A stretch of DNA of 64,000 bases, from the NCBI GenBank assembly GCA_001790445.1, contig MGCQ01000009.1, positions 81,491 to 145,490 on the forward strand. The letters run 5' to 3'. A program made the position numbers and the translations under genes. Positions 8,565-17,817 of the stretch are shown in pieces; positions within the stretch are counted from its first letter, which is position 1; every line of letters begins with the position of its first letter. The stretch is from Candidatus Saccharibacteria bacterium RIFCSPHIGHO2_12_FULL_41_12 (GTDB taxonomy: Bacteria; Patescibacteriota; Saccharimonadia; Saccharimonadales; 2-12-FULL-41-12). Below the pieces are notes generated by a model that worked only from the letters and a program-made list of their open reading frames with translations, had not been told where the DNA came from and did no database searches.

Positions 8565-9176
8565 ATGAAAGTGATTATTGACGGAGAAAATCTACGACAC
8601 CAGATCGCTGATGTGCTGGTAAAAAACAATAAGATTTTACCAAAAGACAAAAACAAGTATTTCAAGTTTGATTTGAGGGATTTCCTAGAAGATATTTTGT
8701 CAGAGCCTGAACTAGACATTAACTATTACGCTACAAAAGTGAAACAGCCGAAACATAAAATTCCAAAGAAATTAGTAGATAGGATACAGATGATATCTCA
8801 ATCGAACAGGCAATGGATAGCAAAGATTACAAATGACAAGATATGGGTAATAAAAGCAGGATATTTGCGTGTTAGAGAATCCAGCTCTTGTACGCACTGT
8901 GGCAAAAAGACTCTTGTACTGCAAGAAAAGGGTGTTGACGTTCGAGTAGCGACAGACATAGTTCTTGAGTCTCAAGGGAACCCAGGCACTTCACTCGCTG
9001 TGGCTTGCTCGGATAGTGACATTGTGCCGGCTCTGCAGGCTGCTAATTCGCTTGGTGGCAAGATTATTTATATTTGCTACAGTGGTCGACTTAATCGTTC
9101 GATAGCAGCTATTGCTGATAAGGTCGTAACTTATGATGATCCATCAGTGCTTAGATTTTTTGAGGCAACAAAATGA
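8565..9176 (+). CDS. NYN-domain (LabA/DUF88, PIN-like) ribonuclease
   Basis: IIDGENL, QEKGVDVRVATD, CSDSDIVP acidic motifs; CxxC insertion; SD GAGGAG. Confidence 0.88.
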   Translation: MKVIIDGENLRHQIADVLVKNNKILPKDKNKYFKFDLRDFLEDILSEPELDINYYATKVKQPKHKIPKKLVDRIQMISQSNRQWIAKITNDKIWVIKAGYLRVRESSSCTHCGKKTLVLQEKGVDVRVATDIVLESQGNPGTSLAVACSDSDIVPALQAANSLGGKIIYICYSGRLNRSIAAIADKVVTYDDPSVLRFFEATK

Positions 9177-10282
9177 GTAAGAGAGATTATTACGAGGTAC
9201 TGGGAGTAGGCAAAGACGCTAGTGCGGACGAAATTAAAAAGGCTTTTCGCAAGCTTGCAGTAGAACACCACCCAGATCAAGGCGGTGATGAGACCAAATT
9301 CAAGGAAGCCAACGAAGCCTATGAAGTTCTAAAAGATCAGGCAAAACGACAGCGATATGACCAATTTGGTCACGCAGGTGTTGGCACTAGTGCGTCGAGC
9401 GACGGTGGGAACCCATTTGCCGGATTTGGTGGCGGACAAGGCCAGGAAATGCACTTTGACTTTGGAGATTTGGGGCTCGGCGACATATTCAGCAGTTTTT
9501 TTGGTGGTGGCACAGGTGGTGGTCAAAGAGGTGGTCCAAAACGTGGTCATGATGTAGAGACTGCCATAGAGCTGACCTTTGAAGAGGCAATTTTTGGAGT
9601 AGAAAAAGAACTACGGATCCGAATGCACGACAACTGTGAGCACTGTAAGGGCACGCGAGCAGAACCAGGACACGAGCTCAAAACATGCGAAGTCTGCAAA
9701 GGTGCGGGACAGGTGACACAGGGGATTCGGACTCCGTTTGGTGTAATTAATCAAGCAGCTATCTGTAAGAACTGTCAGGGATCAGGCAAAGTACCAGAAA
9801 AACTCTGCACAGTTTGTGGTGGCAAAGGCGTCAAAGATACACGGCAAACTATTAATCTCAAAATCCCCGCCGGAATTGACGATGGTGCAACGATTCGTTT
9901 GCACGAACGCGGTGAGGCTGTGGCAGGGGGCAGTAAGGGTGATTTGTACGTCCACATGAGGGTCAGGCCACACAAGAAGTTCACCAGAGAAGGTACTTTA
10001 ATACTCAGCGAAGAAAAAATCAGCATGGTTGACGCTGCTCTGGGCACAGAAATATCAGTAGAAACGGTTGACGGTCCAGTCAAAATGAAAGTACCCTCAG
10101 GCACGCAGAGTGGCGCAGATTTTAAGTTGTCAGGACACGGAGTGCCACATGTAAAAAGTGGATCTCGGGGTGCTCACATTGTGACAATAACAGTAGAGAC
10201 TCCGACAAGACTCAGCAAGAAACAAAAGGATCTGCTAGAAGAGTTCAATGATACAAAAGGTGGCGGGATCTTTGGCCTCTAG
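9173..10282 (+). CDS. dnaJ: Chaperone DnaJ
   Basis: J domain with HPD, G/F-rich region, four CxxCxGxG-type repeats. Confidence 0.98.
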   Translation: MSKRDYYEVLGVGKDASADEIKKAFRKLAVEHHPDQGGDETKFKEANEAYEVLKDQAKRQRYDQFGHAGVGTSASSDGGNPFAGFGGGQGQEMHFDFGDLGLGDIFSSFFGGGTGGGQRGGPKRGHDVETAIELTFEEAIFGVEKELRIRMHDNCEHCKGTRAEPGHELKTCEVCKGAGQVTQGIRTPFGVINQAAICKNCQGSGKVPEKLCTVCGGKGVKDTRQTINLKIPAGIDDGATIRLHERGEAVAGGSKGDLYVHMRVRPHKKFTREGTLILSEEKISMVDAALGTEISVETVDGPVKMKVPSGTQSGADFKLSGHGVPHVKSGSRGAHIVTITVETPTRLSKKQKDLLEEFNDTKGGGIFGL

Positions 10283-10316
10283 AAATATTAGTGACAATTA
10301 GTGTAAAATACTTGCA

Positions 10317-10433
10317 ATGATACAAAAGCATAACAAGAATCAGTCCGGATTTGTCTTAATGGCAATAGTCTTGATCGTGATCTTCATAGTAGTTCTAGGA
10401 CTGGCCCTCATAAGAGTTAAATCGCAAAACTAA
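10317..10433 (+). CDS. 38-aa prepilin-like micro-protein (not in the ORF track)
   Basis: MIQKHNKNQSG|FVLMAIVLIVIFIVVLGLALIRVKSQN; basic leader, G|F site, one hydrophobic helix; stop 2 nt before the next ATG. Confidence 0.6.
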   Translation: MIQKHNKNQSGFVLMAIVLIVIFIVVLGLALIRVKSQN

Positions 10434-10435
10434 AC

Positions 10436-10870
10436 ATGTCCTTAAAAACTAGATTGAATGGCAACTTGAAAATCATTTTTTTGATAATTGCTATCTTGCT
10501 GATATTTTTTTCTCTCAGAGCAGATGTAACCACTGCTAGGCTAGGAAAACAAGATTTTCGGCTAGAAAAAGCAAACACACAGCAAAAAGAAGAAGCTGGC
10601 TTATCTGGCAGACAATCACTGGGCAAATACCATGGCATGATTTTTCAAAATAACGGAGATAGTGACATGTGTATGTGGATGAAAGACATGCGATTTGATT
10701 TGGCGATGATTTGGGTGGATGGTAGTGACAAAGTTACCTATATTGAGCCGCATTTGACGTCTGCATCTTATCCGAAAACGTTTTGTCACCCTGGGGACCA
10801 AGTTATAGAGGTCAATCCTACGGACCAAGAAGCTAGTGGACTAAAGGTCGGCGACCAGTTATTATTATAA
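10436..10870 (+). CDS. DUF192 family protein
   Basis: GLSGR..L..GMIF, MWMKDMRFDL..IW, VIEVN. Confidence 0.85.
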   Translation: MSLKTRLNGNLKIIFLIIAILLIFFSLRADVTTARLGKQDFRLEKANTQQKEEAGLSGRQSLGKYHGMIFQNNGDSDMCMWMKDMRFDLAMIWVDGSDKVTYIEPHLTSASYPKTFCHPGDQVIEVNPTDQEASGLKVGDQLLL

Positions 10871-10871
10871 A

Positions 10872-11336
10872 GTGATAAGCGTTAACGATTTACCCCTAAT
10901 TGCCGCAGGACTAACTGTAGCGATTTACGCAGTTGGCGTGGCGCTACGAGTGCCGGCCGCGTTAATAATTATTGGGGCGCTGATTGGTGATTTTATGGCC
11001 AACCAGTTAAGCTATTGGGCGCCAAGCATTTCGTTTATGAATCAGAGCGTAGGTAGCTTGCTTTTATTTGTTGCCCCGATAGTATTTATCGCAGTTATTG
11101 GGCGAAAAAGACAAGTCAAACCAGCACTATTTGACCATGTGCTACGGATAGTGGGGACTTTTTCGGTGGTTGTGCTGGTTAGCAAATATAACTATGCTTT
11201 GTCTAGTGATTTGTCTGGTAGTATCTTGGGAAATTGGAGTAACTCGGTAGATATTTATGTTAGTGGGTGCGTGCTATTTTCTATCTTTTTGATTATTTCT
11301 AGCATTCACAAGGTTAAACGCAGCCACCACAAATAG
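10872..11336 (+). CDS. Hypothetical membrane protein
   Basis: 154 aa, ~5 hydrophobic segments. Confidence 0.65.
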   Translation: MISVNDLPLIAAGLTVAIYAVGVALRVPAALIIIGALIGDFMANQLSYWAPSISFMNQSVGSLLLFVAPIVFIAVIGRKRQVKPALFDHVLRIVGTFSVVVLVSKYNYALSSDLSGSILGNWSNSVDIYVSGCVLFSIFLIISSIHKVKRSHHK

Positions 11337-11350
11337 CAGTTTTTACTGAT

Positions 11351-11453
11351 ATAAATTCAGCTTAGACTAAAATAGAGCGTTACACGCAAGGAAACCTTCA
11401 GTTTCTTTGGTTGCTCTACGCTTATACTCTATTTTAGTCTAAGCTGAATTTAT
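11351..11453. repeat. 103-bp element with perfect 27-bp terminal inverted repeats (MITE-like)
   Basis: ATAAATTCAGCTTAGACTAAAATAGAG at 11351-11377 and its exact reverse complement at 11427-11453. Confidence 0.85.
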
Positions 11454-11556
11454 CTAACAATGTTAGGTGAATGTGTCTGTAATCTGTTAATTGATTGACT
11501 TTTTGCCAAAAATCTGCATAATTATAAGAGTAATTCCGCATTTTGCAATAGATTGT

Positions 11557-11632
11557 GGGCCTATAGCTCAGTTGGTAGAGCAGCGGCCTTTTAAGCCGCG
11601 TGTCGTGGGTTCAAGTCCCACTGGGCCCTCCA
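11557..11632 (+). tRNA. tRNA-Lys(UUU)
   Basis: Cloverleaf; GCGGC-CTTTTAA-GCCGC anticodon arm; encoded CCA. Confidence 0.97.
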
Positions 11633-11644
11633 GTTCTGAAATAT

Positions 11645-11670
11645 AAAAGGCTTCCCCGAGAAGTCTTTTT
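11645..11670 (+). terminator. Intrinsic terminator after tRNA-Lys
   Basis: GGCTTC-CCCGA-GAAGTC followed by TTTTT. Confidence 0.65.
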
Positions 11671-11688
11671 GTTTGGTATACTCAATTT

Positions 11689-12219
11689 ATGGCGAAAATT
11701 GCGATTGTTGATGAGAATGATAACGTTATTGGCTCTGAGGAGTGGGATGTTGTTCGAGCAAAAGGTTTGCGCCACCGCATAGTCAGAATATTTGTTATAA
11801 ATAGTGATGGCAAAATACTACTTCACAAAAGAAATGAAAGTTTGAAAGATAATCCAGGGAAATGGGACCAGTCTGCGGGCGGACATGTTGATGAGGGCGA
11901 AGACTATGTTACTGCTGCAAAACGTGAAACACATGAAGAGCTGGGGATAGAAATTGATAAATTTACCAAAATAGGTAAATTCTATATTGAGAGAGAAGCC
12001 CCTGGTGGGATTGCACGTAGATTCCACACAGTTTTTACATGCAAATGGGACGGCGATATAAATTTTGCCAAATCAGAGATTGCAGAAATAGGTTGGTTTT
12101 CTGTCGACGAGATTGACTTATGGTTCAAAAAATCGCCAGACAGATTCACAATAAATTTTGCCAAGGCATTTGCCCTACTCAAACAGTCTCTCTCAAGCGA
12201 AGCAGATTATAGGCAGTGA
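11689..12219 (+). CDS. NUDIX hydrolase (IDI type 1/YfcD-like)
   Basis: HRIVRIF, PGKWDQSAGGHVDEGE..AAKRETHEELG. Confidence 0.88.
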   Translation: MAKIAIVDENDNVIGSEEWDVVRAKGLRHRIVRIFVINSDGKILLHKRNESLKDNPGKWDQSAGGHVDEGEDYVTAAKRETHEELGIEIDKFTKIGKFYIEREAPGGIARRFHTVFTCKWDGDINFAKSEIAEIGWFSVDEIDLWFKKSPDRFTINFAKAFALLKQSLSSEADYRQ

Positions 12220-13123
12220 TGGCGGAGGCGAGTTGGTGGAGACGGACCTCGGGGTTCGACTTATTCGGCGGTTCTATTGCTCGGGCTAGCCAATATCCAA
12301 TAAGTGTGTACGCATGTTTTGGATTAAAATACTCATCCAAATACTGTGAAATATCGATTTCACTCTTTGTCAGGTCAATCAAGAACATCGTACTATCAGA
12401 ATTTGGAAGTCCTATTCCGGCCCAGCTCCAATCAACTATTCTAACTCCAAGAAAAGGGTGCCAAGCGATGTTATGTTGACGAGCGTCATGATGGCAAAAA
12501 GCAGTCAACTCAGTAGCGTCAATTGGTTTGAACTTGGCCATAAGATTATCCAGGTTGTTAAGTAGTTCCTGCCCCGATGCAATAGTCATAGGATAAAGAT
12601 TTGTCTTGTGTTGTTTCAATTTATCAGCAACTTGGGGCTTAAGCCCAGGTGTTTTGATCAGTTTTTGCCAACCTTTGCGCTCAAGAGTTTGTTGGCTAGG
12701 TGCGACTACTGATTCATCCAGATTGACACTAACCGATTCCTTTTGGAAAAGAGCATTTAGTATTTCTTTGATGTATTTTGGTCGCAACTCTTCGTCTTCC
12801 GGAGCTTCCCAAAACCAGCCGAGCTCTTCAGTGTATGCGGGTAGCACTAAAGATCCATCAATTAATTCCGCGTGTTCAGGCACAGTGTCAATAGTCGATA
12901 ATTGGTTGATCACTGTATTCTCTTTTTGAAGATAAGCTACTGCATGTGCCGATTGAGTTGGGTTTAAGTTAGCATCTTCCACAAATTTCTTGACAAAAAT
13001 ACGTTCGCTATCATTAGTGTAGATTGCTTTTTCATAGGACATGTGGCCTTTATTAACAGGTGTTTTTTGAGTAAGCTCACTATCTAGTCCAAGACTGTCA
13101 AAATAGGCAAGTATTTCATCCAT
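12179..13123 (-). CDS. Aminoglycoside/choline phosphotransferase-like protein
   Basis: IFVKK, HHDARQHN (Brenner-like), IVDWSWA. Confidence 0.75.
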   Translation of the reverse strand: MDEILAYFDSLGLDSELTQKTPVNKGHMSYEKAIYTNDSERIFVKKFVEDANLNPTQSAHAVAYLQKENTVINQLSTIDTVPEHAELIDGSLVLPAYTEELGWFWEAPEDEELRPKYIKEILNALFQKESVSVNLDESVVAPSQQTLERKGWQKLIKTPGLKPQVADKLKQHKTNLYPMTIASGQELLNNLDNLMAKFKPIDATELTAFCHHDARQHNIAWHPFLGVRIVDWSWAGIGLPNSDSTMFLIDLTKSEIDISQYLDEYFNPKHAYTLIGYWLARAIEPPNKSNPEVRLHQLASAITAYNLLRLRETV

Positions 13124-13138
13124 GTATCTTAGTATATA

Positions 13139-14614
13139 ATGTTAGCAAGAATGAAAAAGCTTAAGCATTATTTTGCTATGCGTTTTAATTGGACGACAGG
13201 GTTAACTTGTTTTTGTTTTGCGGTAGTTGCAGGAGTGTACTCAGCGAGATTCTACCGAAGTATTCAGCTTGAAATAGTTCTAATATTAGGATTACTTAGC
13301 ATGTTAACTACCCGGCGTAGACAAATCATTTGGACAACTTTAATGATCTTGTTTGGACTGAGTCTGGGGCTATGGCGGGGTGGGCAATTTCAGCAAAGCT
13401 TTGCTGGCTATGAGCAAATTTACGGTAAAAAAGTTATTATCACAGCACAAGCAAAAAGTGACGGAGTTTACGATGATAAACAACAGCTAGAATTTGATAT
13501 TGGGGATATAGTAGTCGCCGAGGAAGATCTGAGCTTGCCGGGCAAAATGACAGTGTCAGGATTCGGTGCACCGGCGGTTACAAGAGGCGATATTGTGCAG
13601 GTAGAGGGCAAAGTCTACAAAACTTTGGGCGGGAAGGTAGGCAGGGTTAGCTTTGCACAAATAGAGGTACTAAATCATACAAATTCAATCGTCGAGCAAG
13701 TTCGCCAGAGGTTTGTGGCTGGGATGTACAATGCTTTGCCAGAACCAGCGGCATCTTTTGGTTTGGGGCTTTTGATCGGACAGCGTAGCACCTTGCCAAA
13801 AGATGTCGACCAAGATCTGCGGAATGTAGGCCTGGTTCATATTGTGGCGGTATCTGGATACAACTTAACAATCTTAGTATTGTTTTCTAGGCGACTGCTA
13901 GAGAAACATTCTAAATACCAAGCTACACTTTTGTCAGGCCTTTTGATAGTTGGATTTTTGCTAATAACTGGGTTCAGTGCCTCAATAGTTAGAGCAGCGA
14001 TTGTTAGTGTGCTGTCTCTGTGGGCTTGGTATTGTGGCAGAAACATAAAACCACTTCTGTTGATTGGTCTTGCAGCCACAATGACGGGGTTGGGTAGTCC
14101 GCTATATATCTGGTTTGACATTGGCTGGTATCTGTCATTTTTGGCCTTTTTTGGAATTTTGGTTTTGTCGCCTCTGCTGATCAAAAGATATTCAAAAAGC
14201 AGTAAATTGTTGGAGTACAAACAACTAGTTAGTGATACGTTTTCTGCGCAAGTTATGACGGTACCGATAATAATGTTTATCTTTGCCAAAATTTCGGTGG
14301 TTGGATTTTTGGTCAATCTGGTTGTGGTGCCATTAGTTCCTTTTGCGATGTTGTTCAGTTTTATAGCGGGGCTGGCAGGGACGATTGTGCCCACAGTTTC
14401 TGGGTTGTTGGCATTGCCAGCAAAGATACTGTTGGTGGCAATTCTTGATTTGGCACAACTTTTTGCACAAATTCCCCATGCACTAACGATAGCTAAAATA
14501 AATATCACAGGAATGATAATTTGTTACGCCGTAGTAGTCGCGTTCTGTATAATTTTGCATCAAAAGACCAAAGGCCTTCGTGATATAATTGACGAGGAAA
14601 AAGATTTGTTCTAA
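13139..14614 (+). CDS. comEC: Competence protein ComEC (no beta-lactamase-like domain)
   Basis: GLVHIVAVSGYN, SASIVRAAI, GWYLSFLA. Confidence 0.92.
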   Translation: MLARMKKLKHYFAMRFNWTTGLTCFCFAVVAGVYSARFYRSIQLEIVLILGLLSMLTTRRRQIIWTTLMILFGLSLGLWRGGQFQQSFAGYEQIYGKKVIITAQAKSDGVYDDKQQLEFDIGDIVVAEEDLSLPGKMTVSGFGAPAVTRGDIVQVEGKVYKTLGGKVGRVSFAQIEVLNHTNSIVEQVRQRFVAGMYNALPEPAASFGLGLLIGQRSTLPKDVDQDLRNVGLVHIVAVSGYNLTILVLFSRRLLEKHSKYQATLLSGLLIVGFLLITGFSASIVRAAIVSVLSLWAWYCGRNIKPLLLIGLAATMTGLGSPLYIWFDIGWYLSFLAFFGILVLSPLLIKRYSKSSKLLEYKQLVSDTFSAQVMTVPIIMFIFAKISVVGFLVNLVVVPLVPFAMLFSFIAGLAGTIVPTVSGLLALPAKILLVAILDLAQLFAQIPHALTIAKINITGMIICYAVVVAFCIILHQKTKGLRDIIDEEKDLF

Positions 14615-14628
14615 AAGCGGGAGAAGTT

Positions 14629-15342
14629 ATGTCTGGACACAGTAAATGGGCAAAAATTCATAGAGGTAAGGCTGTTGAAGACGCCAAAAGAGGTGCAATT
14701 TTTACAAAATTGGGCAATAATATTGCGATTGCCGCGCGAGCAGGTGCAGACCCAGACACAAACTTTTCACTAAGGTTGGCAATAGATAAAGCCAAAGCTG
14801 CCAACATGCCAGGGAGTAATATCCAAAAAGCAATTGACCGAGGATCAGGGAAGTTGGGCGGTGAGCAGATTCAAGAGGTTATGTATGAAGGCTATGGACC
14901 AGGTGGTACTGGGATTTTGGTTGAATGCGCCACAGACAACATCAACAGGACATACCCAGATGTAAAAGTAGCTTTTACTAAACATGGTGGCAATATGGCA
15001 GAAAAGGGCTCTGTTGCCTTTCTTTTTGATCACAAGGGCATGATAGTGGTCAAAGAAACAGGAGAGGATTTGCTACTCGAAGCAATAGACGCAGGAGCAG
15101 AGGATGTGGTAGAGGAGGACGGCGAGACTATAATCTATACTGAGCCCAAAAAATTAGCCGAAGTCAGAAATGCACTAAAAGAAAACCACAATATTACAGA
15201 AGCAGAGTTAACGTACGTACCCAAAAATATTATTACTATCAGCGACGAAGCAACAATTGGCAAGATTACTCGCCTGATGGACAAAATAGAAGAAAACGAC
15301 GATGTAGTAAAAACCCACGTAAACTTCGACGTTGAGGTTTGA
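14629..15342 (+). CDS. yebC: YebC/PmpR family protein
   Basis: MSGHSKWAKI, YEGYGPGG. Confidence 0.95.
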   Translation: MSGHSKWAKIHRGKAVEDAKRGAIFTKLGNNIAIAARAGADPDTNFSLRLAIDKAKAANMPGSNIQKAIDRGSGKLGGEQIQEVMYEGYGPGGTGILVECATDNINRTYPDVKVAFTKHGGNMAEKGSVAFLFDHKGMIVVKETGEDLLLEAIDAGAEDVVEEDGETIIYTEPKKLAEVRNALKENHNITEAELTYVPKNIITISDEATIGKITRLMDKIEENDDVVKTHVNFDVEV

Positions 15343-15824
15343 GGGTGAGGATTTTGGGGATTGATCCAGGGACAGGACGGCTTGGGTTTGGCATTATTGA
15401 CTATAGGGCAGATGGGCGGTTAGAGCTAGTTGACGGTGGAGTGATTACTACACCAGCCAATTCGGACGAAGCAAGTCGATTACTAACTATTAATAACGAA
15501 CTAGAAGAGATTATTAGAACTCACAAACCGCACGTTATGGCCGTTGAGAAATTATTCTTTATGCGGAATGTAACGACAGCTATGAGCGTATCACAAGCCA
15601 GAGGAGTGGTTCTGCTACTGGGCAAACAAAACGGTCTAGACATTTTTGAATATACGCCACTCCAGATAAAACAAGCTGTTACAGGTTATGGTAAAGCAGA
15701 TAAAAACCAAGTACAGGAAATGGTCAAAGTTATTCTAAAGCTCAAATCTATACCTAAGCCAGATGACTGCGCCGATGCGCTAGCTTGTGCAATAGCGCAT
15801 AGCATGACAACAAGATTCGCCTAA
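15339..15824 (+). CDS. ruvC: Holliday junction resolvase RuvC
   Basis: ILGIDPG, AVEKLFF, PDDCADALA. Confidence 0.96.
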   Translation: MRVRILGIDPGTGRLGFGIIDYRADGRLELVDGGVITTPANSDEASRLLTINNELEEIIRTHKPHVMAVEKLFFMRNVTTAMSVSQARGVVLLLGKQNGLDIFEYTPLQIKQAVTGYGKADKNQVQEMVKVILKLKSIPKPDDCADALACAIAHSMTTRFA

Positions 15825-15856
15825 GTTCATAATACTAAAACAAAATCACCTCAGAA

Positions 15857-16544
15857 TATGCGTCAGGGTCGCACCCTGACGCAGTTTTAGATGACTACTG
15901 TTGGGCTAGCTCCCATTTTAGCTCATCAATAATTTGTTTTTGTTCTTCGTAATCATGTAAAAATTTTACATAATCTTGTTTTCCTTCAAATAAAGTCATA
16001 ATTCTTTGAGGATTTATCCAATCTGCCTCCCTCTTATTTAGGTAGAAATCAAGGCTTGATTTGTCTGTATTGACCCAGTTATTTGGGTTTAGGTGAATAT
16101 ATCTAGAAATATGAGTTAAGTAATTGTCTGCGTCAATCAGACTGGCAAGATATCTACTTTGAAACAGCGGACCAGCACGCTTGTGCGTCTTGTTAAAATA
16201 CATACTGTAACTTATCATTAATGATTTCATAAGGTCCGTCATGGCCTTCTCATCATGTTGGTAAACTAAAATATGGATATGGTTTGGCATGAGTGCGTAG
16301 GCAAGAAGTTCAATCCTATTATGATAATTAGGGTAGCCATGTCTTGTTGGGCTTATTATTTCTTCTGTTGATAAATATCGTTTAAATAAGCTAATATACA
16401 TTCGATAATCCTCATCGTCAGCAAAAATGTTTTGCTTAGCTACACCTCTGGAGTAAATGTGATAGTAGCGTTTAGGCAGATAAGTTTTTATTACATTGCG
16501 AACAGGCATACATACATTATGCGTCAGGGTCGTACCCTGACGCA
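15857..16544 (-). mobile_element. RAYT module bounded by two REP-like palindromes
   Basis: TA-TGCGTCAGGGT-CGC/CGT-ACCCTGACGCA at 15857-15883 and 16518-16544, flanking the transposase, between ruvC and ruvA. Confidence 0.85.
15895..16509 (-). CDS. REP-associated tyrosine transposase (Y1 HUH, RAYT)
   Basis: YHIYSRG, YALMPNHIHIL (HUH), GPLFQSRY, YIHLNP; start set at ATG 16509 inside the palindrome boundary. Confidence 0.9.
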   Translation of the reverse strand: MPVRNVIKTYLPKRYYHIYSRGVAKQNIFADDEDYRMYISLFKRYLSTEEIISPTRHGYPNYHNRIELLAYALMPNHIHILVYQHDEKAMTDLMKSLMISYSMYFNKTHKRAGPLFQSRYLASLIDADNYLTHISRYIHLNPNNWVNTDKSSLDFYLNKREADWINPQRIMTLFEGKQDYVKFLHDYEEQKQIIDELKWELAQQ

Positions 16545-16569
16545 AGGGGTTTGTGAGATAATAAAGATA

Positions 16570-17154
16570 ATGATCGCTTATTTAGAGGGAATAATAAAAA
16601 GCAATAACTCCAGCAATGTAATTCTGGATGTGAACGGAGTTGGATACGGGATATTCGTATCAACTGAAGATAGGTCAAAGCTAAAGAGTGACACTAACCA
16701 CAAATTCTACATCTACGAGCATATCAGAGAGCAGAGTCATGATTTATTCGGTTTTACAGTAGAGGGAGATAAGGAATTCTTTGAAAAGTTATTAGGAGTG
16801 AATGGTGTAGGGCCCAAGATGGCACTTAACATGTTAAGTATTGGCTCTACAAGCGAACTGCGATCTGCAATAGCAAGTGGGGATGTGAAATTTATTCAAC
16901 AAGCCTCAGGGGTAGGCAAAAAACTAGCCGAGAGAATTATCATTGAGCTAAAAGACAAAGTTGGGCTGGCCAGTGATGTTACTGCAGGGGACATGTTAAG
17001 CGGTGATCATGCCTCTATCAAAGACGACGCTACGTCGGGACTTATTGCTCTTGGTTACTCAGATTATGATGCCAGGAGCGCTCTTGCAAAAGTTAGCAAA
17101 GATCTCTCAACTGAAGAAAGAATCAAACAAGCACTGAAAGGAAACCTGAAATGA
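16570..17154 (+). CDS. ruvA: RuvA
   Basis: MIAYLEG, LDVNGVGY, VNGVGPKMA, GVGKKLAERI. Confidence 0.96.
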   Translation: MIAYLEGIIKSNNSSNVILDVNGVGYGIFVSTEDRSKLKSDTNHKFYIYEHIREQSHDLFGFTVEGDKEFFEKLLGVNGVGPKMALNMLSIGSTSELRSAIASGDVKFIQQASGVGKKLAERIIIELKDKVGLASDVTAGDMLSGDHASIKDDATSGLIALGYSDYDARSALAKVSKDLSTEERIKQALKGNLK

Positions 17155-17816
17155 TTGTTATTACAGGTGCGAGTGAAGGACTGGGGCTTGAGGTAGCCAA
17201 ACTATATAAAAATGATGACAAAAAAATTGTTAATATCTCTTTGACAGACTCTATTGCTGCTGATATAAATATGATTTATGATTTGTCGGAAGGCAAACAG
17301 ATTGAAATGGCAGCGAAAGATGTAATTGCTCTTAATGAACCACTCGACGTTCTAATAAATTGCGCAGGAGTCTGGACAAACGAACCAATTGGCAAGATTA
17401 CCGAAAAAGAAATTAAACAAACCATGGTCTCAAATGTAAAATCAACGATACTACTAACCTCAAATCTAATTGCCAAAATCAAAAAAGACGGTAGTGACGT
17501 TGCCAACATATCATCAATAGCGGGGACAAAAAACTACACTAATGAGTGCGTTGTTTACTCTGCTTCTAAATGGGCAGTCAGAGGATTTAGCGCAAATTTG
17601 CAACGTGAACTGAAAGATACCAAATGCCGAGTGATCAGTTTTTGCCCTGATGGATTTCACAGCAAGCTCATGGAAAAAGTTACCGGAAAAAGCAGTAAAG
17701 AGCGCAAAGATTTGATGAATGTTAGTGACGTGGCCTTACTACTGAAACAAATTCTGGATTTGCCAAAAAACATGGAAGTATCAGAAGTGGTGATCACTAA
17801 AAAGGGTGCAAAATAA
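17151..17816 (+). CDS. SDR family oxidoreductase
   Basis: [17 protein letters not shown]. Confidence 0.9.
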   Translation: MIVITGASEGLGLEVAKLYKNDDKKIVNISLTDSIAADINMIYDLSEGKQIEMAAKDVIALNEPLDVLINCAGVWTNEPIGKITEKEIKQTMVSNVKSTILLTSNLIAKIKKDGSDVANISSIAGTKNYTNECVVYSASKWAVRGFSANLQRELKDTKCRVISFCPDGFHSKLMEKVTGKSSKERKDLMNVSDVALLLKQILDLPKNMEVSEVVITKKGAK

Positions 17817-17817
17817 C

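Noticed and set aside
8365-8568. 67-aa ORF between SemiSWEET and NYN
   Set aside because: It only translates the duplicated promoter-hairpin-terminator units; conservation there is at RNA-structure level.
10246-10328. 14-bp direct repeat CAATGATACAAAAG (dnaJ end and micro-pilin start)
   Set aside because: A-rich, single instance and no element between the copies; not enough support.
16432-16569. N-terminal extensions of RuvA and the RAYT
   Set aside because: They run through the REP palindrome; family starts are at 16570 and 16509.
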